Below, in pieces: positions 9,095 through 17,784 of a DNA stretch of 64,000 nucleotides (position 1 is its first letter; each line of letters begins with the position of its first letter). Source of the stretch: a virus. Lineage: Duplodnaviria; Caudoviricetes. Location of the stretch: IMG/VR virus record IMGVR_UViG_3300025121_000013. One strand, 5' to 3'. Position numbers and translations under genes: made by a program. The notes beneath the pieces were generated by a model, which was not told where the DNA came from, did no database searches, and saw only the letters and a list, made by a program, of their open reading frames with translations.

Positions 9095-9501
9095 TTCTCA
9101 CTCTCAATATTATGAGTATAGTAGATTTCTGGATTTTTGTTAGATTGAATGATATTTTCCAAAAATTCTATTTTCTTTTTTAAATCTTTAATTATTTCAT
9201 CTCTATGAAGAATTTCTTTTTCCCATTCAATCCATTGAAAAATAAATTTCATGGCTTCCGCCGGAATGTACACAGAACAATTTCCTAAGTGTTTGTCTCC
9301 AGATCTATCAATTATTAAACCAAGACCGTGAATGATATTTTCTTTATCATCTTCAAGAGTCGAAAGATGATACTCAATAGTAGGAAATTCTTTAATTTCT
9401 CCTTTGAAAATAACCATGAAATCTTCACTAAGAGGAATTTTCTTTAGAGAGACTTCTTTCTGAAAATAGTTCATATCACTATCCACCGCGTATGTTTTCA
9501 T
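9091..9501 (-). CDS. hypothetical protein flanked by the 118-bp repeats
   Basis: 136 aa, RBS AAGGAG upstream. Confidence 0.65.
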   Translation of the reverse strand: MKTYAVDSDMNYFQKEVSLKKIPLSEDFMVIFKGEIKEFPTIEYHLSTLEDDKENIIHGLGLIIDRSGDKHLGNCSVYIPAEAMKFIFQWIEWEKEILHRDEIIKDLKKKIEFLENIIQSNKNPEIYYTHNIESEK

Positions 9502-9517
9502 AACTCTCTCCTTATCA

Positions 9518-9635
9518 TATATTTTTCCTCATTTATATACCATACATTATCAATTTTCATATTAATCTTTTATATACCTTCTGAATTCTGCTTTTAATTC
9601 TTCTCGAGTCATGTGTCTAAAATATATAAGTCTTA
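9518..9635. repeat. 118-bp direct repeat, copy 2
   Basis: matches 8949..9066; encodes the end of 9562..9948 and a 20-aa stub MKIDNVWYINEEKYMIRREL* (9498..9560). Confidence 0.95.
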
Positions 9636-9948
9636 GATTCAAAAATATTAATTCCTTATGGTCTACGCCAATTTTAAAAACTATTTGATTATATTTCATA
9701 TTTATCTTTTCAAATTCTAAATGTTTTAAAACTCCTTCTTTATACTCATCAAATTTTCTTGAATTTCTTCCAAAAGATTTTTTATGTCCTTCAAAATGTC
9801 CAGGATTAGTTTCTTCTAAATAAAGCCAAACAATTTCTTTCCATTCTTCTATAATTTTTTTAATACATTTTTCTTTTTTGTTAACCAATCTTTCAATAGA
9901 TTTTTCAATTGAAATTAATTTTAAAGTATCTTTAAAATTATCACTCAT
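9562..9948 (-). CDS. hypothetical protein
   Basis: 128-aa ORF, ATGA-coupled to the upstream gene. Confidence 0.6.
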   Translation of the reverse strand: MSDNFKDTLKLISIEKSIERLVNKKEKCIKKIIEEWKEIVWLYLEETNPGHFEGHKKSFGRNSRKFDEYKEGVLKHLEFEKINMKYNQIVFKIGVDHKELIFLNLRLIYFRHMTREELKAEFRRYIKD

Positions 9949-10166
9949 CGAATAACAAATCTTTTATAATTAGTAATTTTTTCAATTTTTCTCTTTACTA
10001 ATTGAAAAATTTCTTTTATAAGTTCAAAATCCCGAAACATAATATCCGTAATAATGAGAACTAAAAGAATAGTGATAAAAGAAATAGAAATTCCAAGAAT
10101 TATCTTTAACATTACTTCTAACATCGCATAGCCTAAGGTGATCATCTCGTTCTCCTTTTTCGGCAA
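9945..10166 (-). CDS. single-TM microprotein (family with 10685 and 11257)
   Basis: TM helix then ELIKEIF...YKRFVIR basic tail. Confidence 0.55.
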   Translation of the reverse strand: MPKKENEMITLGYAMLEVMLKIILGISISFITILLVLIITDIMFRDFELIKEIFQLVKRKIEKITNYKRFVIR

Positions 10167-10182
10167 ACTATGAAACGTAGAT

Positions 10183-10626
10183 TTAGAATTTAGTTAACCC
10201 CAAAATATATTCATTTCTCAATTTCATTAATAATTGTCCTAAATGGTTTTGTCCTTTTCCATTGCAAACGCCCCAATATGTATCATGCCACCAATTTCCT
10301 TCAATTAATTCATAACCATTTGTTTCTATTAACTTTTTCTTTAGTTCTAAGTTTTGATTAAATTTCATTCTCAATGCTTTTTCCATAATAAATATTTTTA
10401 CTTTATCCCAGTCGTTTCTCATAACAACTTTTCTTCCTAATTTTTTAGCAATTCCCGGAGATGGTGAATTTCTTATTTTTTCTTGATCATTCAAATCTAA
10501 AGTTTTTTGAGCTTGATAATAATGTTCTACGGTTTTATATTTTATGCCATCATTATCTATAATTTCTGAATCATAAAAATTTGATAAAAATCCATAGTCT
10601 CCTATAAAATTGCTTATCTGCTCCAT
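10183..10626 (-). CDS. NADAR family protein (YbiA/RibX-like)
   Basis: FLSNFY, TVEHYYQAQK, AKKLGR, W...K..IM, DTYWG, GQNHLGQLLMKLR. Confidence 0.9.
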   Translation of the reverse strand: MEQISNFIGDYGFLSNFYDSEIIDNDGIKYKTVEHYYQAQKTLDLNDQEKIRNSPSPGIAKKLGRKVVMRNDWDKVKIFIMEKALRMKFNQNLELKKKLIETNGYELIEGNWWHDTYWGVCNGKGQNHLGQLLMKLRNEYILGLTKF

Positions 10627-10684
10627 ATTTTTCTCCTAAGTTTGAAAGAACTCCTGTCTTAAAAAAAATACAAATATGTATAAA

Positions 10685-10867
10685 CTATTTTATAACTATT
10701 TTTCTATGTTTTAAAATTTTCTTTTTTAATGAATTGAAAATACCTTTTATCAATTCTGAATCATTAGAAATGACATCTGAAATTACAGTCCCAACTATTA
10801 CAAAAATAATAGAAAAAGAAAGTAAAATTGATACATGAATAATTATATTTTCAATCATCTTTTTCAC
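10685..10867 (-). CDS. single-TM microprotein
   Basis: TM helix then ELIKGIF...HRKIVIK, paralogous pattern to 9945..10166. Confidence 0.55.
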   Translation of the reverse strand: MKKMIENIIIHVSILLSFSIIFVIVGTVISDVISNDSELIKGIFNSLKKKILKHRKIVIK

Positions 10868-11252
10868 TCCTCGTATCTTTTATGATCATATTAAATTCTG
10901 TCTTTTTTTGATCATTATCCCAATAAATTATCACATTTAAAGAACACATATTTTTTGTTGGATTGTTAGATTTAATTTTAACGACTTCTTTAAATTCTTC
11001 ATATTGATATATTTCATTATAATCTCTGGTATATGAGATATCTGTTTCAGGAAAATTTTCTTCAAGAAATATATGTGTGATTTCACTCTCTATGGTGTTT
11101 TCTGCTAATTTTGTTGATTTTGTAATATTCTTGGAAAGATCATTTGTTTTAATTATTGTATAGACTAAAGTTATTACTCCCAAAAGTCCAACTGCTAATA
11201 AAAATATAGATATTAAAATCTCAAGAAGGGTGAAACCATTTGTCTTTTTCAT
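10851..11252 (-). CDS. type IV pilin-like protein (PilV-like minor pilin)
   Basis: class III signal peptide MKKTNG|FTLLEILISIFLLAVGLLGV with G-1, F+1, E+5; following S..IT..T.LAE..IE pattern as in PilV-type pilins. Confidence 0.85.
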   Translation of the reverse strand: MKKTNGFTLLEILISIFLLAVGLLGVITLVYTIIKTNDLSKNITKSTKLAENTIESEITHIFLEENFPETDISYTRDYNEIYQYEEFKEVVKIKSNNPTKNMCSLNVIIYWDNDQKKTEFNMIIKDTRSEKDD

Positions 11253-11256
11253 TTTA

Positions 11257-11445
11257 TTATAGCTTAACTGTAAATTTTTTATAATTACAAATTCTTAACA
11301 TATTTGTTTTTATTTTAATTATCATACATTTTGTTCTAATTATAATATATTTTTTTATTTCAGGAAACTCAATTAATAAAAATAGTGATACGACAATAAT
11401 TAAAAACGCTATCGGAAATAAATCATTTTCTAAAAAATTCATCAT
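11257..11445 (-). CDS. single-TM microprotein
   Basis: TM helix, tail NYKKFTVKL resembling NYKRFVIR of 9945..10166. Confidence 0.5.
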   Translation of the reverse strand: MMNFLENDLFPIAFLIIVVSLFLLIEFPEIKKYIIIRTKCMIIKIKTNMLRICNYKKFTVKL

Positions 11446-11446
11446 T

Positions 11447-11692
11447 TTAATTAATTGTTTTATTAACTTCGTTAAAAATTATAGTTTCTACTTTTTCATC
11501 ATTGATCAATTCATTATTAAAATATTCATCACTTCTGGATTTCAAAATCTTTCCGCCATTCATATGAATATATAAAACTAAATCAGCATATTTAGAACAA
11601 TCAAAAATTATAGAATTAAAATGTTCTAACCCAATTGCATCATGAGCCGAGAGATTTGCTTTTAAATCTGAAGGCGTTAAAATAATTATCAT
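11447..11692 (-). CDS. hypothetical protein
   Basis: 81-aa ORF overlapping the next start. Confidence 0.5.
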   Translation of the reverse strand: MIIILTPSDLKANLSAHDAIGLEHFNSIIFDCSKYADLVLYIHMNGGKILKSRSDEYFNNELINDEKVETIIFNEVNKTIN

Positions 11693-12297
11693 GATATAAG
11701 CTCATTTCTTTTAGCTATCATCCGCAAATAAATATCACGACCATCCAATGAAAAATCAGATCTTACTTCAATATCCCTAAAATATTTTTCAAGATCAAAA
11801 TAATAAATAAGACGATCTTCAGTCCAAATACTTGCATGAGGGTCTTCCGGGGTATTTAACATTTCAGTTGTCAAAATGATATTATGTAATTCCCATCCTG
11901 CTGTTCCTGGCGACTCATTTAAAATCATTCCTGATAATTTTTCATAGTCAGGAACAATGACATCAATAATTCCATTTGGTTTAAGAAGTTGTGACATGAC
12001 ATAAATAAAATAAGGAACCGCCGTAAATTCAACATGTTCCAAAAATCGATAAATACATATTTTATCAAATAAAAGAGTTGGATTTTCAATATAAAAATTA
12101 TCCCAGTGATACTTAAAAAAGTATTTTTGATTTCCAATTTTTGAATTCAATATTTTTTCTAAACTTTCAGGGTATAAAGGAGGGGTTGAATATATTGGGT
12201 CAATATTTACAACAATATCATTTTCAGAATCAAATGGCATTAATTTTCCACTTGCGACATTCAGAATAGTTTTTGGCATACGGGATTGCTCAGTCAT
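11689..12297 (-). CDS. class I SAM-dependent methyltransferase-like protein
   Basis: motif I ILNVASGK, FLEHV, LLKPNGIIDVIVPD. Confidence 0.7.
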   Translation of the reverse strand: MTEQSRMPKTILNVASGKLMPFDSENDIVVNIDPIYSTPPLYPESLEKILNSKIGNQKYFFKYHWDNFYIENPTLLFDKICIYRFLEHVEFTAVPYFIYVMSQLLKPNGIIDVIVPDYEKLSGMILNESPGTAGWELHNIILTTEMLNTPEDPHASIWTEDRLIYYFDLEKYFRDIEVRSDFSLDGRDIYLRMIAKRNELIS

Positions 12298-12550
12298 AGA
12301 CTTTTCCTTTCGAATCCTCTAAGCATATTACTTTTGGTTTAGGTTGAGAATATTCTTTTCTTGGTTTGATCATATTTATTAAATATTCTATTTCTTTTCC
12401 TACTAAAGATAATTTAACATTTTCAGAATGTAAAATATTTGAAGATTCTGTTTTATCTCCATTTAAAAAATATGAGCCTGCCTCCTGAATCCTCTTTAAT
12501 GAATCGTTCACATTTTCAAGAATATGTTGAAATCTTTCTATTTCGTTCAT
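12290..12550 (-). CDS. hypothetical protein
   Basis: 86-aa coupled ORF. Confidence 0.5.
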   Translation of the reverse strand: MNEIERFQHILENVNDSLKRIQEAGSYFLNGDKTESSNILHSENVKLSLVGKEIEYLINMIKPRKEYSQPKPKVICLEDSKGKVYD

Positions 12551-13725
12551 ATAATTATATTTGGAATAAAATCAACTGAGATAAATCCTTCAGACATTGA
12601 AGGCAATTCTTGATGCATAGCAAATTTCATTATAACATCCTTTCCAACTATATGATCTTTTCTATTAAAATCTAAATCAATTGCCTGATTTAAGGGAGAT
12701 AAAATATATACACAAGAAATTTTTATATTTCTTTTTATTTTATTTTGAATGAGTTTAATAATTTTTGATCTTGTTTTAAAAGTGGTATAAGTATTTGAAA
12801 TTATAATTGGAAATTCATTCTTATTAACTCTCTCAATAATTTTTTCTCCTATTAGATTTAAAGCAATTTCATCAGTACATGTTTTATACGCTTCGCTATA
12901 AATTTCTAAATCGTTCATATGATTTTTTATTTTTGGGTGTTTGCTAATAAAATATTCAACCCTACATTTATCATATGTTAAAACTTCAAAATTAGATCCA
13001 AACATTTCTGAATAACCATTTCCATAAAAGTCTTTTCCTACCCCTGGAATTCCGCAAAATAAAATCACTTCTCCATAATTATCTTGTTCTTTTTCCTTAA
13101 AATGAATAATACTATTTCTCAATCTTTCAGCCGTCTCCAATTTGCTTATTCTTGAATATAGATCAATGCTAATTTGTCCTTGAATATCAGCATTCCTTAA
13201 TCTCAAAAGAACATCAGCGAGATCTTTATTTTGATTTAAAAATGATATGAATTGTTCAGGTAAATAAAGTTCATCGAGACTATTATGTGCTGAAACACAA
13301 TAAACCACAATTTCTAAAATATCTTTAAAATATTTTCTATTTAAAAAAAGTTCAGAACATGAATCTTTAATTTCAGCTTTATAAAATAAATCAAAACAAA
13401 CATCTATTGCAAATTGAACTCCGGCATATTCATGCCCTCCAAAATTGATTCTCCCTGGTTTATGAGATTCTCTTGTAAATTGTCTTCCAGCGTCATGACA
13501 TAATGCAGAGATTAAACACGCTATGACTTTATATTCTTCATTTTCGGTAAAATCATGAATTTTAATGGATTCATAAACCATCATTGTATGAGACCAGCAA
13601 TCATCCTCTAAATGATAAGGAGATAAATTTTCTGAAGAATAAGAATGTAAACAACTTCTCATTCTATGAGGAAAGGTTGGAAATCTTTTAAGAAAGATAC
13701 TAAGAAACTTTCCTTTATCTAGCAT
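12547..13725 (-). CDS. HD-domain phosphohydrolase fused to P-loop kinase (polynucleotide kinase/phosphatase-like)
   Basis: YHLE..CWSHT, LCHDAGR (HD), NADIQG; C-terminal FCGIPGVGKD Walker A, ISNT...R, R...V...V..K lid. Confidence 0.8.
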   Translation of the reverse strand: MLDKGKFLSIFLKRFPTFPHRMRSCLHSYSSENLSPYHLEDDCWSHTMMVYESIKIHDFTENEEYKVIACLISALCHDAGRQFTRESHKPGRINFGGHEYAGVQFAIDVCFDLFYKAEIKDSCSELFLNRKYFKDILEIVVYCVSAHNSLDELYLPEQFISFLNQNKDLADVLLRLRNADIQGQISIDLYSRISKLETAERLRNSIIHFKEKEQDNYGEVILFCGIPGVGKDFYGNGYSEMFGSNFEVLTYDKCRVEYFISKHPKIKNHMNDLEIYSEAYKTCTDEIALNLIGEKIIERVNKNEFPIIISNTYTTFKTRSKIIKLIQNKIKRNIKISCVYILSPLNQAIDLDFNRKDHIVGKDVIMKFAMHQELPSMSEGFISVDFIPNIII

Positions 13726-13739
13726 ATGATCCCCTTTTT

Positions 13740-14981
13740 CTAAAATCTATTTAAGATATCATTTCTTGTTGGCCCATAACTACAAATAAATCTATCAAAC
13801 CCTAAAGTTACTTTTAGAAAATTAGGAAATAATTCTTTTCTTAATTTTAAAATATCATATAAATCTTTGAAAGGTATATCTTCATCTACCTGATCCATAC
13901 AAGTAATTACAATATTTTTTCGTATTATAAATTTATTTGCATATATTAAATCAAAATTTATTGTGTCATTCATTAAGGGAATATCTAAATATCCGAATCT
14001 CAAACTACCTTGAAAATTATTAGGGATATTAGTTTTATCAATAATTTTAGAATATATTTTTTCTGGTTGTTCTGTCGGAAATGGGCCAGCCCCATGTCTC
14101 GTCATATATGTTCTTGTAATATAATAAATATCTAACTTAGAAATTTCAAAATCATTACAAAGTTCAATTACATTTTTTAATCCGGTATTTGATCTGGTGA
14201 CATGAGGAAACCATTTATGATTTTGATCTAAGAGAAGCCCTTGAGCCCCTTCAAAAATAATATTCTTATTTTTAACAAAATTTAAATCAGAAGGAATTAT
14301 AATTTTTTTAATAAATTCTTGACAATCCAAAATAAAATTTTCAATTATATTTTCATTATATAATCTTTCCTTATATTTATCATCAATATTTTCTATTCCT
14401 AAAATTCGTAATCTATTAAAAAAATATTCTTCTTTTATTAATCTTAATTTATCTTTAAGTTCTTTTGGATTTTTTAATAGATCAGAAACTTCGATTAAAT
14501 ATCTGTTATTATTTAAAGATCTTTCAATTGTTTCATTTATTCCTAGACCACAACTACCATGTTTTTTATCTCCTCGTTTTTCCTCAATTATATGATTTAT
14601 CAATACATCAAATGGGGTTGTGACAATACATTCTTTATCAACAAAAACAATAGGGTTATAATTTTTAAGTAATTCATATTCATCTAAAAATACATAAGGA
14701 TTTACAATAAAATATCTACTTAAAAAAGTTGGAACATTATTAAAAGTTCCTGCACCAAAATGTCCAAAAACATGTCTTTTTCCATTTTCTAATTGTACAG
14801 AATGTGCTGCCTGAGAACCTCCATTAAATCGTATGACTATCCCACTTTCTTTAAATTTATTAGAAAGATAATCTGTAAAAAGTCCTTTGCCTTCATCACC
14901 AAAATTAGAGCCGATAACAACCTTAGCGTCTTTCATGATGGTTGGGGGACATATCCCTTTCGAGATATGCCCCCATTCCAA
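13740..14981 (-). CDS. purA: adenylosuccinate synthetase-like protein (divergent PurA family)
   Basis: GSNFGDEGKG, RFNGGSQAAH, GSCGLGI, IFEGAQGLLLD, VTRSNTG, TRHGAGPFPTE; start likely at MKDAKV. Confidence 0.85.
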   Translation of the reverse strand: MEWGHISKGICPPTIMKDAKVVIGSNFGDEGKGLFTDYLSNKFKESGIVIRFNGGSQAAHSVQLENGKRHVFGHFGAGTFNNVPTFLSRYFIVNPYVFLDEYELLKNYNPIVFVDKECIVTTPFDVLINHIIEEKRGDKKHGSCGLGINETIERSLNNNRYLIEVSDLLKNPKELKDKLRLIKEEYFFNRLRILGIENIDDKYKERLYNENIIENFILDCQEFIKKIIIPSDLNFVKNKNIIFEGAQGLLLDQNHKWFPHVTRSNTGLKNVIELCNDFEISKLDIYYITRTYMTRHGAGPFPTEQPEKIYSKIIDKTNIPNNFQGSLRFGYLDIPLMNDTINFDLIYANKFIIRKNIVITCMDQVDEDIPFKDLYDILKLRKELFPNFLKVTLGFDRFICSYGPTRNDILNRF

Positions 14982-15911
14982 TTATAAAGAAACTATTTCT
15001 GAGGAATCAATTTTGGATACAACAAGATCATTAATTGATTTACGAACAGAAACGGCTGTACTGCCATCCCAACTTGATAAAATTTCATCCTTATCTTTTC
15101 CACTTCTCAATTGAAGGATCGAAACAATGGTTTCAGAAATTTTGGTATGATCAGGAAGAAGGATCGCATTTTGTCCCAAAATATCACGCCATTTTTTTGT
15201 GACTCTATCACCATAACTCCGAAAATGATTTCCTTGTTCAACCATAATATGATAAACATCATATTGACGTCTAACCATAGTTAACAATTCTTCAGAGTTT
15301 AAATCGGTTTGGGGTCCAGTTCCCATAACCTTTTTAATATCATTTGCACGAAGATAAGGAGTGGGTTCTTCATCACCGATGGTGAAAAGAACTCCTTTTT
15401 GTCCTCGTTTTTCAAAACAATCAATGCTTGTTCTTGTCGCGGCAAAATACCACGCCAATGCATAAGATTCATAATGATTTCCGCCGCCACCATGTTCAAG
15501 AAAAATTTTCTGAAGCTGTTCAGCCAATTTAATATCAGCCTCAAATTGAGTGACTTGAAGGGGAACTTCATCTCCCACTTCAACATCATCAATGCCCATC
15601 AACATTACATGAGGATCTTCAACTGGTTTTCTTGCATAAATTTCTGTTAAGAGAATATTGAGGCCTTCTCTGATCATTGCGTCAGCTAAAATTCCCATTG
15701 ATCCAGACACATCCAAAGCGATGATAATTGCATTTGATTTTGGATTTAAATCTGAGTCTCTTGATTCACGAATAGTGATTTTTGATGGATCAAATTCAGG
15801 ATGTAAACGACTTGATGTGAAAATTGCCGAAGTTGATTTTCCTTTGGTTTTTGTCGAACTATATGCCGACCACGATTTATCATCCCACCGGGAATATCCC
15901 ATTCTATTCAA
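14982..15911 (-). CDS. vWA domain protein
   Basis: MIDAS DVSGS, GGGN..ESY, FTIGDE. Confidence 0.85.
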   Translation of the reverse strand: MNRMGYSRWDDKSWSAYSSTKTKGKSTSAIFTSSRLHPEFDPSKITIRESRDSDLNPKSNAIIIALDVSGSMGILADAMIREGLNILLTEIYARKPVEDPHVMLMGIDDVEVGDEVPLQVTQFEADIKLAEQLQKIFLEHGGGGNHYESYALAWYFAATRTSIDCFEKRGQKGVLFTIGDEEPTPYLRANDIKKVMGTGPQTDLNSEELLTMVRRQYDVYHIMVEQGNHFRSYGDRVTKKWRDILGQNAILLPDHTKISETIVSILQLRSGKDKDEILSSWDGSTAVSVRKSINDLVVSKIDSSEIVSL

Positions 15912-16989
15912 CCCTTTCGTACAGATCTTTTTTTTCTATGTCCATTTTGACAAATTTTCTTTTTCCAAAAACCTCTGTTAAAATTTCTCCCCAATTTTTA
16001 TATTCATCGACTGGATTAGATGTCGATGGCATTAATAAATATTCACAAATAGGCAAAGGTATTTTCATGGTTCTTAATTTTATTCCTGTTGGATCTCCTA
16101 ATAATTCTCTACCGATTTGTTTGATCAATTCTAAATCAATAATCGAATCATAAGTTTTTTCTTTGATAATTCTTGTGGGTAAAAGTTCTTTAGTTCTTTT
16201 TGGAATTAATTCTATTTTTGAGCCAATATCAGAAGAAAACCACCATCCTCCCAAAAGTAATCCACTATGATATTTTGGTGATAAAAATATTGAGGTTTGG
16301 GAAAAATCATTATGAACCAATTTTGCATAATTTAAATAACAAGCTATATTGTATAATGAATTTAAAATCCAGGCAACATGCACAGGGTCAATCTTTCCTT
16401 TAAAATAATTTAATATATCCTTTAAAACAAAAACATCTGGAGTTTTCTTTAAAATTAAAACATATTTATTATCATCCGTACTAAAAGATTTTTCAATCTG
16501 AGGTAAATATTTAATCATTTCATTTTTCATATCTTCAGAATAAAATTTAAACTTATTTATATTTTTAAATCCATTCAAATATAAATCTTTTTTATCCTGA
16601 TCAATTACAAACATGACAAGTGAATTACCCACATACATTTTTCCTACGTTGATTTCATGTTGAGTTAAATATTTAAACCTTATAATTTTTCCTTTAATTT
16701 TCAAAATTAAAAGATTTGGATAATCCCAAATATTTTCTTTTACTTTTTCCTTTGCTAATTTTCTTAATTTATTTATATGTTTAAATACTTCACCAGCATT
16801 TTTTTCTTTACATTTATCAGGATGCCATCTATGAGCCAACTTGATAAATATTTGATCTATTTGATCTGGCTCCTTGAATAATATCTCGGGATGCTTGATC
16901 TTAAGTATTTCTTCTCCAGATAAAATGGAGTTTTTATCTCCTACCATGGAAAAAGTATTTTTAATCCTTTCCTGATAAAGTCTTCCCAA
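15904..16989 (-). CDS. J-domain fused to protein-kinase-like (probably pseudo-kinase) domain
   Basis: LAHRWHPDK J-domain HPD; later LVHNDFSQTSIFL catalytic-loop-like, with GGW in place of DFG. Confidence 0.7.
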   Translation of the reverse strand: MGRLYQERIKNTFSMVGDKNSILSGEEILKIKHPEILFKEPDQIDQIFIKLAHRWHPDKCKEKNAGEVFKHINKLRKLAKEKVKENIWDYPNLLILKIKGKIIRFKYLTQHEINVGKMYVGNSLVMFVIDQDKKDLYLNGFKNINKFKFYSEDMKNEMIKYLPQIEKSFSTDDNKYVLILKKTPDVFVLKDILNYFKGKIDPVHVAWILNSLYNIACYLNYAKLVHNDFSQTSIFLSPKYHSGLLLGGWWFSSDIGSKIELIPKRTKELLPTRIIKEKTYDSIIDLELIKQIGRELLGDPTGIKLRTMKIPLPICEYLLMPSTSNPVDEYKNWGEILTEVFGKRKFVKMDIEKKDLYERVE

Positions 16990-17162
16990 CTTAGAACTTT
17001 AAAATATACACAATACTTAAAACATTCAACACTTATATTTAATTTTGAACATTTTCCATCTATGGATCTTTTTTTAGATTTAAAAAATTTACAATTTTCA
17101 CATCTTTGATATGAGAGAATGCTAGAAAGATAAAATAATCTCTCTCTTAAATTAAGACTCAT
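16941..17162 (-). CDS. small Cys-rich protein
   Basis: CENCKFF...GKC...CVYF; true start probably internal (MSLNL). Confidence 0.45.
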   Translation of the reverse strand: MSLNLRERLFYLSSILSYQRCENCKFFKSKKRSIDGKCSKLNISVECFKYCVYFKVLSWEDFIRKGLKILFPW

Positions 17163-17171
17163 GCTATGTGA

Positions 17172-17465
17172 TTATCTTTTTCTTGTTTTCAAACTATTTT
17201 TAATCTCTTCAAATTCTTCATTGGTCAATGGCTTAAAACAAGGTCCAGCGGGAATTACTTGCATGTTAAATCCAGAACTAAACTTTTTTCCATCTTTTTT
17301 AATTTTGAAGATCTGAGGAAATTGAAGGGCACAATCCATTGTTTCATCGAGATTCCATAATGCCTTACACCCTTTGCAATAAAAAGCATCTTTCAGTTCA
17401 AGACTTAAACCTTTCATTCTATTCTCCTTTTGATAAGTCTGGTAGCCTTCTGAGTTTTTCAGCAT
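17172..17465 (-). CDS. hypothetical protein
   Basis: CKGC...C...C pattern, packed ORF. Confidence 0.5.
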   Translation of the reverse strand: MLKNSEGYQTYQKENRMKGLSLELKDAFYCKGCKALWNLDETMDCALQFPQIFKIKKDGKKFSSGFNMQVIPAGPCFKPLTNEEFEEIKNSLKTRKR

Positions 17466-17781
17466 AATTACGAAAATCGAATTTCTTAATTGTGATTTCT
17501 AAAATAAAATCATCATCCCAAAAACCTCTATCTTTCATTTCTAATAATATGCATCTTGGACAGTGTCTTTTATTAATTTTATTAACGTCATTACAATTAA
17601 CATTTTCATGATCTTTAAAATATTCTAAAAGGAGATCTATATTTTGAAATCCAAATGTGTTTCTTCTATGTTCTTTTTTAAGATTCTCAAGTTCCAATTC
17701 TTGTTGTCTTTGATTCAATTCATTTTTTAAATCTTTTATTTTATTGATTATCTCCTGATTAGTCATCTTTTTTTCTGACAT
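17419..17781 (-). CDS. hypothetical protein
   Basis: 120 aa, H..C...CPRC metal-binding pattern. Confidence 0.55.
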   Translation of the reverse strand: MSEKKMTNQEIINKIKDLKNELNQRQQELELENLKKEHRRNTFGFQNIDLLLEYFKDHENVNCNDVNKINKRHCPRCILLEMKDRGFWDDDFILEITIKKFDFRNYAEKLRRLPDLSKGE

Positions 17782-17784
17782 CGT

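Noticed and set aside
13740-14981. PurZ and a 2-aminoadenine (Z) genome
   Set aside because: The N-terminal loop is GDEGKG (PurA type), not the GSTGKG of PurZ; no DatZ/MazZ recognised
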